Below, in pieces: positions 1-11,973 of a DNA stretch of 64,000 nt (the stretch's first letter is position 1; the number at the start of each line of letters is the position of its first letter). The position numbers were made by a program, and so were the translations under genes. The stretch comes from Eledone cirrhosa (Eukaryota), in assembly GCA_964016885.1 (NCBI GenBank), contig OZ024746.1:48918001-48982000 (forward strand), in the 5' to 3' direction. The notes beneath the pieces are model-generated. The model saw only the letters and a program-made list of their open reading frames with translations. It was not told the origin of the DNA and made no database searches.

Positions 1-320
1 GGTCTCCTGTGTTTGTTATATTCCTTGTTGTTGTAAAATGTGGTTCGGGTTGGTGGTTGTAGATTGAATGGGGTGTTCCTGTACTGCGAGTATGGGTGTG
101 TGTTTCTATGTGCCATGTTGTATTGTGGTGTTATAGGTGACCTACTTTGTTGGTTGTATCGTGTGGTGTGGGTTTGTTGTGTATTGTGGAAGCGAGAGTT
201 GAGAAAATGGAAATTACCTTGCTGTCCCCTTGAAGCGGGGAAGTTGTTACATCTATCATGGTGGTGGTATGTTTTCCCTATGTTTGACGATGAGGCATCC
301 GCGTAGTAGCTGTTCGCACA
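1..320 (-). other. Open N/T/H/Q-rich frame running off the left edge; possibly the N-terminal region of a retroelement ORF
   Basis: About 100 codons without a stop on the minus strand (DASSSNIGKTYHHHDRC...YNKHRR); no recognisable domain. Confidence 0.2.
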
Positions 321-1249
321 CACATGCCTGCTAACCATTATCACAACAACGAATACTTTACTACTCCTACACACACACACACATATTTGTTGTGAAAGAG
401 TCATTTCTCAGTCTTGAATCAATTTTTTACATTCACATGACCTCTACCGACCAATCAAAATTGTTTTGACCACAAGAATTTTTGCAACACGAATTGGCGC
501 AAAAAGCCAATTTTAATAGCGCTGGAGCCACTTTTTTAACATAAAAACAGGTAGAATTCCCACAACTAATCAGATCAGAGCAAACATCACGGACGCTCTA
601 TCTCAAAATTATTTTGAAAAGCATTTAGAAATGCGCAACCGGTAAAACTTAAAACCAAAACTGATTACTAACCAATACAATTACTAATTCTCATTTATTC
701 CTAATTAAACTATTTTTCACTGTGAACAATTTCTCAGCATTTTCTATTCCGTTTACCAATATATATATATATATATATATACATAACAACTAGTTATATA
801 TATGGGTGATTATAGTGAAGTATTCCACTATTACTCTTGGTAAGAAGAGAGAAGCTCAACGCACTGAAATTCTCAGCTCTAAAGGAATTTAAAGATTCTT
901 AATATATAATATGAAGAGAAACTAGGGTTAACAACTTAAATCCATTCTTTAATTCATATATACGTGATAATAGTACATGCATATATAAAAATGATCCGAC
1001 CGGAAATTAAATTGCAATTGCAATTATTTACACTTGACATAATACATATAACAATTGTATTTCTTCAGAAAATATAAGAAAGAATACAGTTTCCCAAATT
1101 CAGATACGAAGAATAGATCCCATATCAAATTTAAGCATTTAAACAAGACTGTTTATGAAATGCTAGTAAGTTGTAAGAGATTGTGATTATAAGTTGTGGT
1201 AAAAGGTATTACCTCGTTAGAGGGTCGGATGACATGCTTTCCACATAGA

Positions 1250-1362
1250 GTTCAATTCCCACCGAGGTTAACTTTGCCTTTCATCCTTACGGGATCGATA
1301 AAATAAAGTACCAGTAATGCACTGGTATAATTGCTGGCCTTGTGCCAAAAGTAGAAACAATT
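1250..1362 (+). mobile_element. Partial tRNA-derived SINE (MetaSINE-like)
   Basis: GAGGTTAACTTTGCCTTTCATCCTTACGGGATCGATAAAATAAAGTACC core and the same 3' tail as the full copy at 27950. Confidence 0.75.
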
Positions 1363-4079
1363 ATCAATCAAGTTATTATATATTTTATCTAGCCAGCAAC
1401 AAATATTCTTCTAGCTCTATAGGGAATAATAACAATAATATTATATATATATATATATATACACACAAGGCAAAATGTTCATCATCAGTTGGAATAAATA
1501 TAAATATTAACAATCGGAGAATCATTGTTTCTAACTCTCTCTTATTGCCATCCTATGTATTCATCTTATAGGGCATCTTGAATCATTTTGTCAAAAATTC
1601 CTTTCTCAATTCATACAATTGTTTCATGTGCTCTGTAGGAGATTTCGATGCTATTTCTAAAAGATTATCTCTGCATCGTTGTAATGTAAAACTACAAAAA
1701 AAATAGGAAATACTCTCTTCTGTTTACACCATCAATATTTCATTCAATCTAATGCACTTACAACATTCAATCTAATGCACTAAAACGCCACCTCAGAGTA
1801 TGTAGTAATATTTCGTTTTATATATATAGGTTTTGAAGATTTACTGGTAAGATTCGAAATCAATCTGGCAGAAAATGGCATATGTCATCTACGTTACATA
1901 ACATTCCTTAACACATGAATTAAATTGTAGCTTTCTCTATTTCCTAGTTTTCTTTCCCCCTTGTTATTGGTTCTTTACAGCCGCCAGGCACTAATAATAA
2001 TAAAAAATGTATATAACAACTACTCATCACAAATACAATATGTTGCATAAAATTATTGGCCAATAAAACACACCACTTCAAAGCTGACAAGGGAGAAGAG
2101 CAGGAAACATTATGATAGTTCTGTTACAAATGAATACTTTTGATATGTGATAATGTGTTCCATGAATTAGTAATTCTAAATGCGAAAGAAAAAAAGGCTA
2201 TTATTTTTCGCTTCGTGTTTCTCGTTCATTATCGGCACCACACGTCATTATCTCAGCTCTTCACAGCCTAGAATTATTTAAAACAAAATCATAAATCATG
2301 TGTAAATATATGTGACTAGGTTGGAATTCTGACAATCGTATTATTCATATTCATATTATTCATACTCATATTGAAAATATCCGAAAAGCGTAGTTTACGA
2401 GAAAGACTATTTGTTTCGAATAAATGATAGAATTAGCGTAAGTAATCTAGTGTTCTCGCAAATCATGTTCCTCCAACATGAACATGTACATGTAACCGGG
2501 AACGTAAATACTGCTAATGCTGTAAACTACATAAAACCTTAATTTGTCACTGGCGTATATATATGCGGGAATTTGAGTACAGCTTTTTGCATTTTTTTTT
2601 AATTTCGTTTTCTAATTATGTGTTTCTATTGTTGTCATACAACATTCTTGTTCAGGGCGGGATTATCATAGCTATAATTTCTTTTCTCCTTTATTATAGT
2701 CTGTTGTCGAAATGTCTATTGATCCATTGATAGCTACATCAGCTCATAGATACTCAATTAAAAAAAAAATCTTACACGTTCGATGATTGTCAAATGATGT
2801 TTAACAACACGTTATTTTCGCTTTCAGATAGCTCAGCCCCATCAATTTGATTTGCTTCATACATGCTACATGCAATCAATGAGGTGCATATGAATTGATG
2901 GATTTTAAGACATACACTCAGGCAAATTTACCGTACCCAGGTATTAGAAGTATTACTGAGAGGTTTACAAAACACAATTACGATAGCTGAGATACCACAG
3001 TAATAACTGTTTTTTGCAGATCTATAACATAGCATACATCAAATACTGTAACAGTATGATACCCGCTATCAAAATTTGTTTCAACCTATTTCCCATTTTA
3101 TTATGCAAGCACACCTCTAAAATTTAGAACTCATTTACATGTTATTTTACGTTTTACTTTATTCAAAATGACTGGTTTATGTTATTACGGTTGTTAAGCT
3201 CCAGATCAGTCTTCATCGACCATACATATAATCAAAGACGATACGTTCTTTACAGATATTTTTGTTTTGTTTTGCAGCATTGTCTAATGTTTCCTTAGTT
3301 GTAGTTTTAAAAACAATAGGGTGTAATTTTAAGTAGATTTAGCAGCTCTAGAAAGGTGGTAGAACACCTCTATAGAATGTTCGTAATTATTCTCGTGTGT
3401 GATGGTGATGTTACATTTGGGAAAGGGTGGAAAAACCTTTATATTGAATTGGAGATTTCTGATTTTAGGGTTCATGCTAGTCCAGTAGAAGTGGTAGGCA
3501 GTCTCATGGTAGGAAATACTTAGTGAATTGTAATGTTATTTTGTAGTTAGAAATGTTTCTGTTGCTGTGCAGTTGCTGCATTTATTGTTAGTGTTTGTTG
3601 TTGTAGACTTTTCGCTTCAGGTCGACTTTCCTTGAGCACAACTACGATCAAAATTATCTCATTCTTTACCTTAAACAATGTTATTCAATTCGTCTTCTCT
3701 TTATTAAAATCGTGGAGGTCATTTGATGGTAACACGTCTATTATTTTTAGCGGGTTTGTAGACTACGTACAAGATCCTTCTTTGAAAGGGTGTTCATATT
3801 GTAGCAATGTTTGACAAATTCCAAATTGCTCTTAATCGAGAAGAGATATAACAAAAGGCGTGTTATCCAGGACCATTGTGAATATTTTAAACAATCCACA
3901 AAAGAGAAATTTTCGAACAGTAAAACTTATTACGATTTAATTTTTATTTTAGCATTCTGAAGACATGACGATAAAAGCCAAAGCATAATAATATTAATAA
4001 TAATAACGACAGCAACAACATAAACAACAACAACAGTAATGATTTTTGATTTAGGTACTAGATCAACATTTTTTGGGGG

Positions 4080-4250
4080 AGAAGGAAGTCGAAGAAATCG
4101 AACCAGTGCATCACTGGTATTTTATTTTATCGACCCCGTAAAGATGAAAGACAAAGTTAACCTCGGCGGGATTTGAACTCAGAACGTAAAGGGCCGTAAC
4201 TCTATGATGCTAAGCATGTTGTGCGACGCTCTAGCGATTCTACAATCCAA
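4080..4250 (-). mobile_element. Diverged MetaSINE-like copy
   Basis: Reverse complement of the SINE core and B-box (ATCGACCCCGTAAAGATGAAAG...GGGATTTGAACTC). Confidence 0.7.
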
Positions 4251-4785
4251 CAACAATAACAACAATAACAATAACAATAATAACCAATGCAACACATATT
4301 CCATTGTCAACGTATATATGTGTTTCTTTTGAATATTAAAGGTTAAATTATTCCTTGTTGAAAAATGTCAATGAGCTTTTCCAGGAAATTGAAAAAGTGT
4401 TCACACTTTATTGTGTTAAAATATAACTAATTGGATTCTAATTTTTTTCAAACATATGTACATGGCACATCTGACTATGATTTTGCAATTGATGTTGTTA
4501 TTGTTATTGTTCTTTATTAATATCAACCATATTTTGGGGGCTTTCCTTGTCGTTGTATTTTTTTGTTTTTGTATATATTACTGATCTTTATATATTTCTC
4601 TGAATTAGTATGTAATTATTTCGGTATTATTCGCTTCTGTCTCTTATGCTATTTCTATTAATCTTTTCTCGACATTTTCTTTCAACAATGATCTTATCCT
4701 CCTCATTTCCTACCTCTCCTTCTGTATTCATATATCCATTGCTCAAACCTTAATTTTCATATATATATTATTTATACCTCTAGGA

Positions 4786-4789
<4 letters not shown>

Positions 4790-4882
<93 letters not shown>

Positions 4883-4931
4883 CCCTCTCTCTCTCTCTTT
4901 CTTCTTCTTTCTATTCTTCTTCTTCTTATTC

Positions 4932-4981
<50 letters not shown>
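4790..4981. repeat. (CT)n followed by (TTC)n/(TTA)n microsatellite
   Basis: Direct reading. Confidence 0.95.
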
Positions 4982-7158
4982 TGCATTTATCTTGCTTTAT
5001 GTTTATACGAGTTATCACCAAGTCACAACCAGTGACCTCAAGAGACAACAAGGTCCGCCATGTTCAAGAAAGAACACACATATTCACACATGCATCCTTA
5101 GTGTTTAGACTTGTGATGTACTTATATTGACAGGATCTTCCTTAGTATATGGGCAGTTCCCATTAGTACTATCTTTTGTATTTCTCCTATACGCGGGTTT
5201 CCTGGGATTTGCGATAAGTAGTCGTTAGACCCCTTAGGTATCATTCCCAGAGCGCCTACAACCACTGGTATTGCTTTAGTTCTCAATTTCCACATTTTTC
5301 CAATTTCTATCTCCAGGTCCTTATACTTGCTCAATTTTTCAAATGTTTTTATAGATACATTCTTGTCTATTGGAACAGACATATCAATTAGCAGGCATAC
5401 CCTCCTTTGAAAGTCCTTCAATATTATATCAGGTCTATTTGCATCTATTTTTCGGTCTGTTTGGATGCTAAAGTTCCACAAGATTGAGATGTGATCTTTT
5501 TCAAGTATGGGAGGTGGTTGATGCTCCCACCAATTCTTTTGATGGGGCAGGTCAAAATGCTTGCACATTATCCAATGTATGTATTGTGCAGCTCTGTCAT
5601 GCCTGTTTAGGTATTCGGTTGGAGCTATAGGACTGCACATTGAAATTATATGGTCAATGGTCTCTGGTTGTTTTTTGCATACACGGCATAATGGGCTGCA
5701 CCCATTTTTTATTATGTTGGCTTGGTAATTTTTTGTTGGCAGACACTGATCTTGTGCGGATATAATCAGTCCTTCAGTCTCCGATTTCAGTCCAGAGGAT
5801 GCCAACCACTGATGGGTTAAAGTTTTGTCAACATCAGGATTGTTAGCTCGCTCTGGGTATTTTCCATACAGAGGCTTTTCTTGCCATTTCTTAGCCAGTT
5901 TCTGTAGCAGTTCTTTCTTTGCAGTTACTTTTACCTGCTTTGCTTTTTCTGTGTTTTCCATTTCAGCAGTAAATGGGACTTCTGAAATTTGTAGTCCATT
6001 ACTGTATCTTTGTGCATCTTTTGTAATGGAATATGATCTTTTGGTGCTTTCGTGTTTCAAAACGAGTTTCATCATCCAATCATGTGATTCCCTTAGATAT
6101 GTGGATAATCCAATTGTTGCAGTTTTCAACGCAATGTCTAACTGGATTAACCCACGTCCTCCTTCTTTCCTAGGGAGATATATTCTATCTATGTCTGCCT
6201 TAGGGTGATGCATTCTGTGCATGGTTAAGAATTTTCGGATTTTTGTATCGAGCCTACGGATCTCTGTGCTTGACCAGTTGATGACATTGTAACTGTAGGT
6301 TACTACTGGTATGGCAAGCGTGTTTATGGCATCGATCCTATTCCTTGCATTCAATTCCGTTCTTAAGATTGCTCTGACTCTGCGGTAACATTCCTTCCTT
6401 ATCCTTTCCCTCATTGTCGAGTGCTTGATTCCGTCTCCTTCACAAACACCTAGATATTTGTAAGTTTGTTCTTGATCAAGCTCTCTTATCACGTTCCCCC
6501 GATCAAGATTAATGTCTGAACTCTTCAGCAGCTTTCCTCTGGTGAACGTTGCTTTGGCGCATTTATCCAGTCCAAACTCCATTTTAATGTCATCACTGAA
6601 CTGCTTCACAGTGGATAATAGCCCTTGCAATTGTTCATCATTTTTTGCAAATAGTTTCAGGTCATCCATGTAGAACAGGTGATTAATGGTTTTGTCATAG
6701 ACTCTATATCCATGTTTTGTTTCATTGAGCATTTTACTTAATGGTATAAGTGCGATGCAGAATAAAAGCGGTGATAAAGAGTCACCCTGAAAAATTCCAC
6801 AATTAACGTTAACTTCTCCAGCTTCTAGTGATTTTGTTTCACTATTCAAAAGGAGTGTCGTTCTCCATGTCCTCATACTGAATGACAAAAACCTCCTGAT
6901 AACGGGGGATATTTTGAAAATCTCTAAACATTTTTCAATCCAACTGTGTGGCAAACTATCAAATGCTTTTTTATAATCTATCCAAGCAATCGATAGATTT
7001 TTGTGTCTATTATGACAATCTTCCAGTATCATTTTGTTAACCAGAAGCTGATCCTTACAGCCATATGAGCCTCATTTACACCCTTTCTGCTCAATGGGAA
7101 ATAGGTCATTTGTTATCAGGTGGTCATATGTGTATTCAGTTAGGACTGATGTTAAAAT
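4982..7158 (-). mobile_element. 5'-truncated R4/Dong-like non-LTR retrotransposon (family A)
   Basis: RT to RLE coding region with short 3' UTR ending in (TAA)n; frame continues upstream of 7032 (ILTSVLTE...EQKGCK*GSYGCKDQLLVNK) and stops abruptly at about 7158. Confidence 0.9.
5122..7032 (-). CDS. RT plus CCHC zinc knuckle plus restriction-like endonuclease, C-terminal part
   Basis: WIDYKKAFDS, GIFQGDSLSPLLF, YMDD, CRVC..ETIDHIISMC, RHD, RPDI..LIDMSVP, KYKDL. Confidence 0.9.
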   Translation of the reverse strand: MILEDCHNRHKNLSIAWIDYKKAFDSLPHSWIEKCLEIFKISPVIRRFLSFSMRTWRTTLLLNSETKSLEAGEVNVNCGIFQGDSLSPLLFCIALIPLSKMLNETKHGYRVYDKTINHLFYMDDLKLFAKNDEQLQGLLSTVKQFSDDIKMEFGLDKCAKATFTRGKLLKSSDINLDRGNVIRELDQEQTYKYLGVCEGDGIKHSTMRERIRKECYRRVRAILRTELNARNRIDAINTLAIPVVTYSYNVINWSSTEIRRLDTKIRKFLTMHRMHHPKADIDRIYLPRKEGGRGLIQLDIALKTATIGLSTYLRESHDWMMKLVLKHESTKRSYSITKDAQRYSNGLQISEVPFTAEMENTEKAKQVKVTAKKELLQKLAKKWQEKPLYGKYPERANNPDVDKTLTHQWLASSGLKSETEGLIISAQDQCLPTKNYQANIIKNGCSPLCRVCKKQPETIDHIISMCSPIAPTEYLNRHDRAAQYIHWIMCKHFDLPHQKNWWEHQPPPILEKDHISILWNFSIQTDRKIDANRPDIILKDFQRRVCLLIDMSVPIDKNVSIKTFEKLSKYKDLEIEIGKMWKLRTKAIPVVVGALGMIPKGSNDYLSQIPGNPRIGEIQKIVLMGTAHILRKILSI

Positions 7159-7194
7159 ATTATTATTATTATTATTATTATTGTTATTGTTATT

Positions 7195-10100
7195 CCTTGA
7201 ATCTCAGTCATTGATGTTGGCTAACTGGAAAGTCCGTTGGATTGAATATCAAGCCACTACCTGCAGCCTCAGATATTCAGGACGTATCGGAGGGTTCTTG
7301 CCGTTCTAAGCAAGCATGTCTTTTGAAGCGTTCCAAAAAGCGTGAAGGGGCCGATTTTCTTTAACCATCCCTGGAAACCTTTGGAGATAGTCCCCAGTGC
7401 GCCTATGACAATCGGGATCACTTTGACTTCATGGCAGTTCCAAATCCTTTTCACCTCCCACTTTAGGTCCTGGTATCGGTTAATTTTCTCCCTCTCCTTC
7501 TCTTGCACTCTCGTGTCGAACGGGCAAGCCACATCCACAATCAGGCACGATCTTTTTTCTTTGTCCACAACCACCAGGTCAGGTCTATTGTGTTCCAGTT
7601 TTTTGTCCGTCTGTATCCTAAAATCCCACAGCACCTTCACCTGACTGTTCTCCATCACCGCCTCTGGCCTATGCTCATACCATTTCTCAGAATGTGGTAG
7701 ATTGTTTACTTTGCACAGGTGCCAGTGGATCACCCTGCCCATCACATCGTGTCTCCAGCCCTTATAGTGGGTCTGGGCTAGGTGTTTACACTCGGACACA
7801 ATGTGATCCACAGTCTCCTCTCTCTCTCCACAGATCCTGCACAGTGGGCTAGCCTCCTCCTTGTAGATATGGTGCTTCAACCACTTCGTTTTGAGGGCCT
7901 GCTCCTGCGCAGCCATTAGCATTCCTTCTGTAGCCTTTTTGAGGTCTCCTCTTCTCAACCAGTTCCATGTCTGTGGATCTCTAAATTCAGTTTTCTCAAA
8001 GAAGGTACTATGAAGGGATTTTCCCTTAAGGCTGCTCTTCCTCCTTGATGTTATTTCCTCCTTGGATATCCCCTGGCCTACTGTCCCCTCCTTCAGTACA
8101 GCTCTGAGCATTGGCTCCTTACTATAGGTCACGTATTTGTATAGGTTGTTTTTCTCCATCTGAACACAGTCCTCTATGCTGATAAGACCTCTTCCACCCT
8201 CAGATCTCCTTAGGTAGAGTCTATCGACATCACTCCTCTTGTGGAACATGTTGTAGATAGTCAATAGCTTCCTAGTCTTCCTATCCATTTCTTTTTGTTC
8301 AGCAACATTCCATCTCAGAATTCCCGCACTGTACCTAATAATAGACACAGCTCGGGAATTTACTGCGCTTATGGCATTTCTGCTGTTCAGATGTGACTTC
8401 AATACGCTCCTTACTCTCCGAATGTATTCAGTTCTTAACAATTCCTTCATTTTTTTTGTTCTTTATGCCATCAGCCTCCAGAACGCCCAAATACTTGTAT
8501 CCTTCCTCAGAGTCAATTTCCTTTATCATCTCACCTGTTGGTATCTGGATCCCGTTACTTCTGCTCAACCTACCCCTCCTCATCACAATGACTCCACATT
8601 TACCAATACCAAACTGCATACATATATCACTGCTGAAATTACGGACAGTGTCAACAAGCACATCCAACTCCTTCTCACTTTTCCCGAAGAGCTTAAGATC
8701 GTCCATGAAGAGGAGGTGATTGATGGTAAGCTCTCCCCTTCCCAACTTGTATCCTGCTCTCACTTTTCGCAGCATAATGGTCAAGGGCATCAGGGCAAGG
8801 ACAAACAACAGAGGGGACAGGCTATCTCCCTGGAAGATACCTCTCTTGATCTTCACGCTTCCCAAGGATACTCCAGTTGATGTCAACTCTGTCTCCCAGG
8901 ACCCCATACTCCTGCCCAGCAACTGTCTGATGTTATCTGCCACCCTGAAGATCTCCAGGCTTTTGGTGATCCAGGAATGAGGCACCATGTCAAATGCCTT
9001 TCTGTAGTCTATCCATCCCATGGCAAGATCAGTGTGTCTCCTCCTGCAATTCCCCATTACCATCTTATCAATAAGCAACTGGTCCTTTGTACCACGTGAC
9101 TTCTTTCGGCATCCTTTCTGTTCGTCCGGCAACAAGTTGTTTGTGTGGAGGTGATGGCAGATTTCCTCAGACACAATACTCGTCAACAGTTTCCACATTA
9201 CGGGCAGACATGTGATAGGTCTATAGTTGGTAACATCATTACCCTTGATTCGGTCTTTCATTATCAGAACTGTGGTACCTTTTGTCAACCACTCTGGCAC
9301 CTCACCCGACACCAAGCAGTCATTGAACATGGCCGTCAGCTTCGGGTGGAGGGATGTTAAATGTTTAATCCAATACCCCTGCACACCATCTGGGCCTGGT
9401 GATTTCCAGTTGGTTAGTTTTTTGGCTTGCCCCTTAAGAGTTTCAACTGTGATACTCAAATCAGTCTGTTGCTGTGCCTGCTCACCGATCTCCCTCTGTA
9501 CTGTCTCAATCCACCCTGCCTGGGCATTGTGTCTAACATCCTGCTCCCATATTCCTCTCCAGAATGTTTTAGCTTGATCCGCCCCAGGGATCATGTCGTT
9601 GCCTCTTTCTTTCCCCTCAAGCTGTCCAAACAGCATCTTCTGGTTGTTGTCGAACATGCGGTTCTGTTTATACTGACTGACTCTGTTCTCGTATCGCCTG
9701 ATTTTGGCACTCTTTGCTACAATGCGTTGCTTCAATTCCTCTATGATAATATTTAGCTTTTTCCTCCTAGTTTTGTATTTTATTTCCAGTCTATTTTTAG
9801 TGCTTATGTTTTTTAGTGTCCCATTCAGTAGTGACTCAAGCTTTCCTATGTCATTTCTCATTTCCCCGATTTGACCACTCAGTCGTTTCTTCCACCACGG
9901 CTCTGCTCTTTCTTGTCTGTTGTTTCCTCTCGCTTTTATACCAAGTAGTTTCCTCACCGTATTTGCTGTTGCTTTGAGGATATTGTTGCACTGGTGAAGG
10001 CGCCTCGCCTCAAGGTATGGGATGACTTCGTTTACCCTAGCTGTTGTTTCTTTTAACTTTTACCTGTCTCCAAATCTTAGGTTCATAGGTCTCCCACTAT

Positions 10101-11915
10101 CATTGTTCAATTCATCTACCACTAAATTTAGGATGTCAACCGAATCTTGTCCTAGCCCGTCATCATTCATCTCCTCAGTGGCCGTATCTCTGTTCCAGGT
10201 ATTATTTATCTCAGTATTCAGATCATTGTCTGCTTCGGGTGGTTCCTCCGTTCTCTCGACCTCTTCACCTTCATTTCCCACTGGCTCATTTGTCTGGCAT
10301 ACTACACCCTCCATCTCCAAGCTATTCTCTCTGCTCAGTTTCTCTAGTTCCAGCTCGCTTATCCACCCATTAGTTCTTATTACCCGAGCCTGCCCGGCCA
10401 ATTTTTGTTCATCTAATTTAAATAGGCCAATCTCGTTCCAGATGTTATGCATCCGTCTCCTATAGCCCCTCTCCTTGGGGTTACTTTTCAGGTAACATTG
10501 CATAACAGTTCTATTCAATTCTTTCATCCAGTTGGTTCTGGCCCCTTTCCTTCTTCTTCTTCCTCCAACACCAGCAGTATTTGGTTGACAGTCAGGTTCC
10601 TGCTGCTGAGCCAGGGAGCACCTGTTGGGTGAGAGTCTGTCACATGACGTTCTAGTCTCCATTTCACCGTTATTCGAACTGTTTAGGTTCGATATTTAAA
10701 CACTCTTATCGAGGATTGGCGAATGTATGGTTACATAGCCATCTGTGGATTCACCGTCTCCGGTGGTTGCGCCGCTCCACTTGGCTCTTGTGTGACATTA
10801 TCACCACGCTGTAGACGAACACAAATAAACAAACAAACACACAGGCAGAAAAAAACCCCAAAATGAATAAGCATAAGTTTCATTGTAATGTAGTGTTCGA
10901 ATGTCTGACTTAGTTTTTCCCTTCTCTTCTCTGTCCGTCCGCTTGTTTCTCTCTTCATTCTTATTTTCTTTACGTTTTTTTTTTGTTTTTTTTTGTTTTT
11001 GTTTTTCTCTGTTTGTTTGTTTTTCTCGTTTTTTGCTGTTGTTGTTGTGCTGCTTTGGTTTTGATGTTTGTTTTTTCTTTTTTCTTTTGAGTCTATCTAT
11101 ATATTTTGATGCCTTCCTCTTTTTTAGTAGGAATTCTATAATGTGGTGGCAGCAACTAGCAGGAAGCAATGGGAGAGAATAGCGGCGGTAGCGATACTGA
11201 GACAGTGGTGGTGGTGATGTCGATACCGAGGCAGTGGTGGTGGTGATGTGATCGTATGACTGTAGTGATGGTGTTGTAGCGGTGGTAACAATGAAGGAGT
11301 GGTGGCGGCGGTGATGGGATAGTGGTAGTAATGATGACAGTAGTGATGGTGTTGTAGCGGTGGTAGCAATGAAGGACTGATGTCCGTTCGGTGAATCTAT
11401 GGGGTTAGTCGCGTATATGTGCTGACCTAAATTCCCTTAATGTTGGGATTAAACATTTTGTTAAGACTTGGGACAATAATAATAGTATTTGTTATTATCC
11501 TTATTATGTTGAGATTGGTTGTGGTGGTGGTGAAATTGCCGTTATCTGGCTGTTGTGTTTAGTGTACATAGAGAGGTGATGGGGTAGGTGGTGCATCTAG
11601 TTTCTGGTGTTGGTGAGATTGGTGTTGTTTGGCTGTTCTATATAGTGTAGACAGAGGAGGGGGGGGGGGGTTCTTCTTCCATTTATAGCCATTTTTTTTT
11701 TGAATATACAATGTACAATACAAAGTTGAATATTTGAATATTTGAGCCTTATAACAATATATTTTGGGTCCGAATTTTTTTGGAGCTCAAGCCGGATGCT
11801 TTACGTAGCATTTGTACTAAGAGTTGTTATTTCACAAATGATTTAAATATGTTAAAAATTCAAAACTTACGGGAGCGATTTCATGACCTTCTACCACCTC
11901 GTGCTTCTTCTTCCC

Positions 11916-11916
<1 letters not shown>
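7195..11916 (-). mobile_element. Full-length R4/Dong-like LINE, family B, copy 1
   Basis: About 1.25 kb 5' UTR, single RT-RLE ORF region, short 3' UTR, (TAA)n at both ends. Confidence 0.92.
7269..10662 (-). pseudogene. Disrupted single ORF (N-terminal domain, RT, CCHC, RLE) of family B copy 1
   Basis: Pieces 10060-10662, 8428-9957 and 7269-8450; premature stop at about 10060 and A-run frameshift at about 8450; FMDD, CRIC..HIVSEC, RPD..DVACP. Confidence 0.9.
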
Positions 11917-11952
<36 letters not shown>

Positions 11953-11973
11953 ATTATTATTGTTATTGTTATT

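Noticed and set aside
11800-11916. HDV-like ribozyme at the Dong 5' end
   Set aside because: Could not identify the nested double pseudoknot by eye
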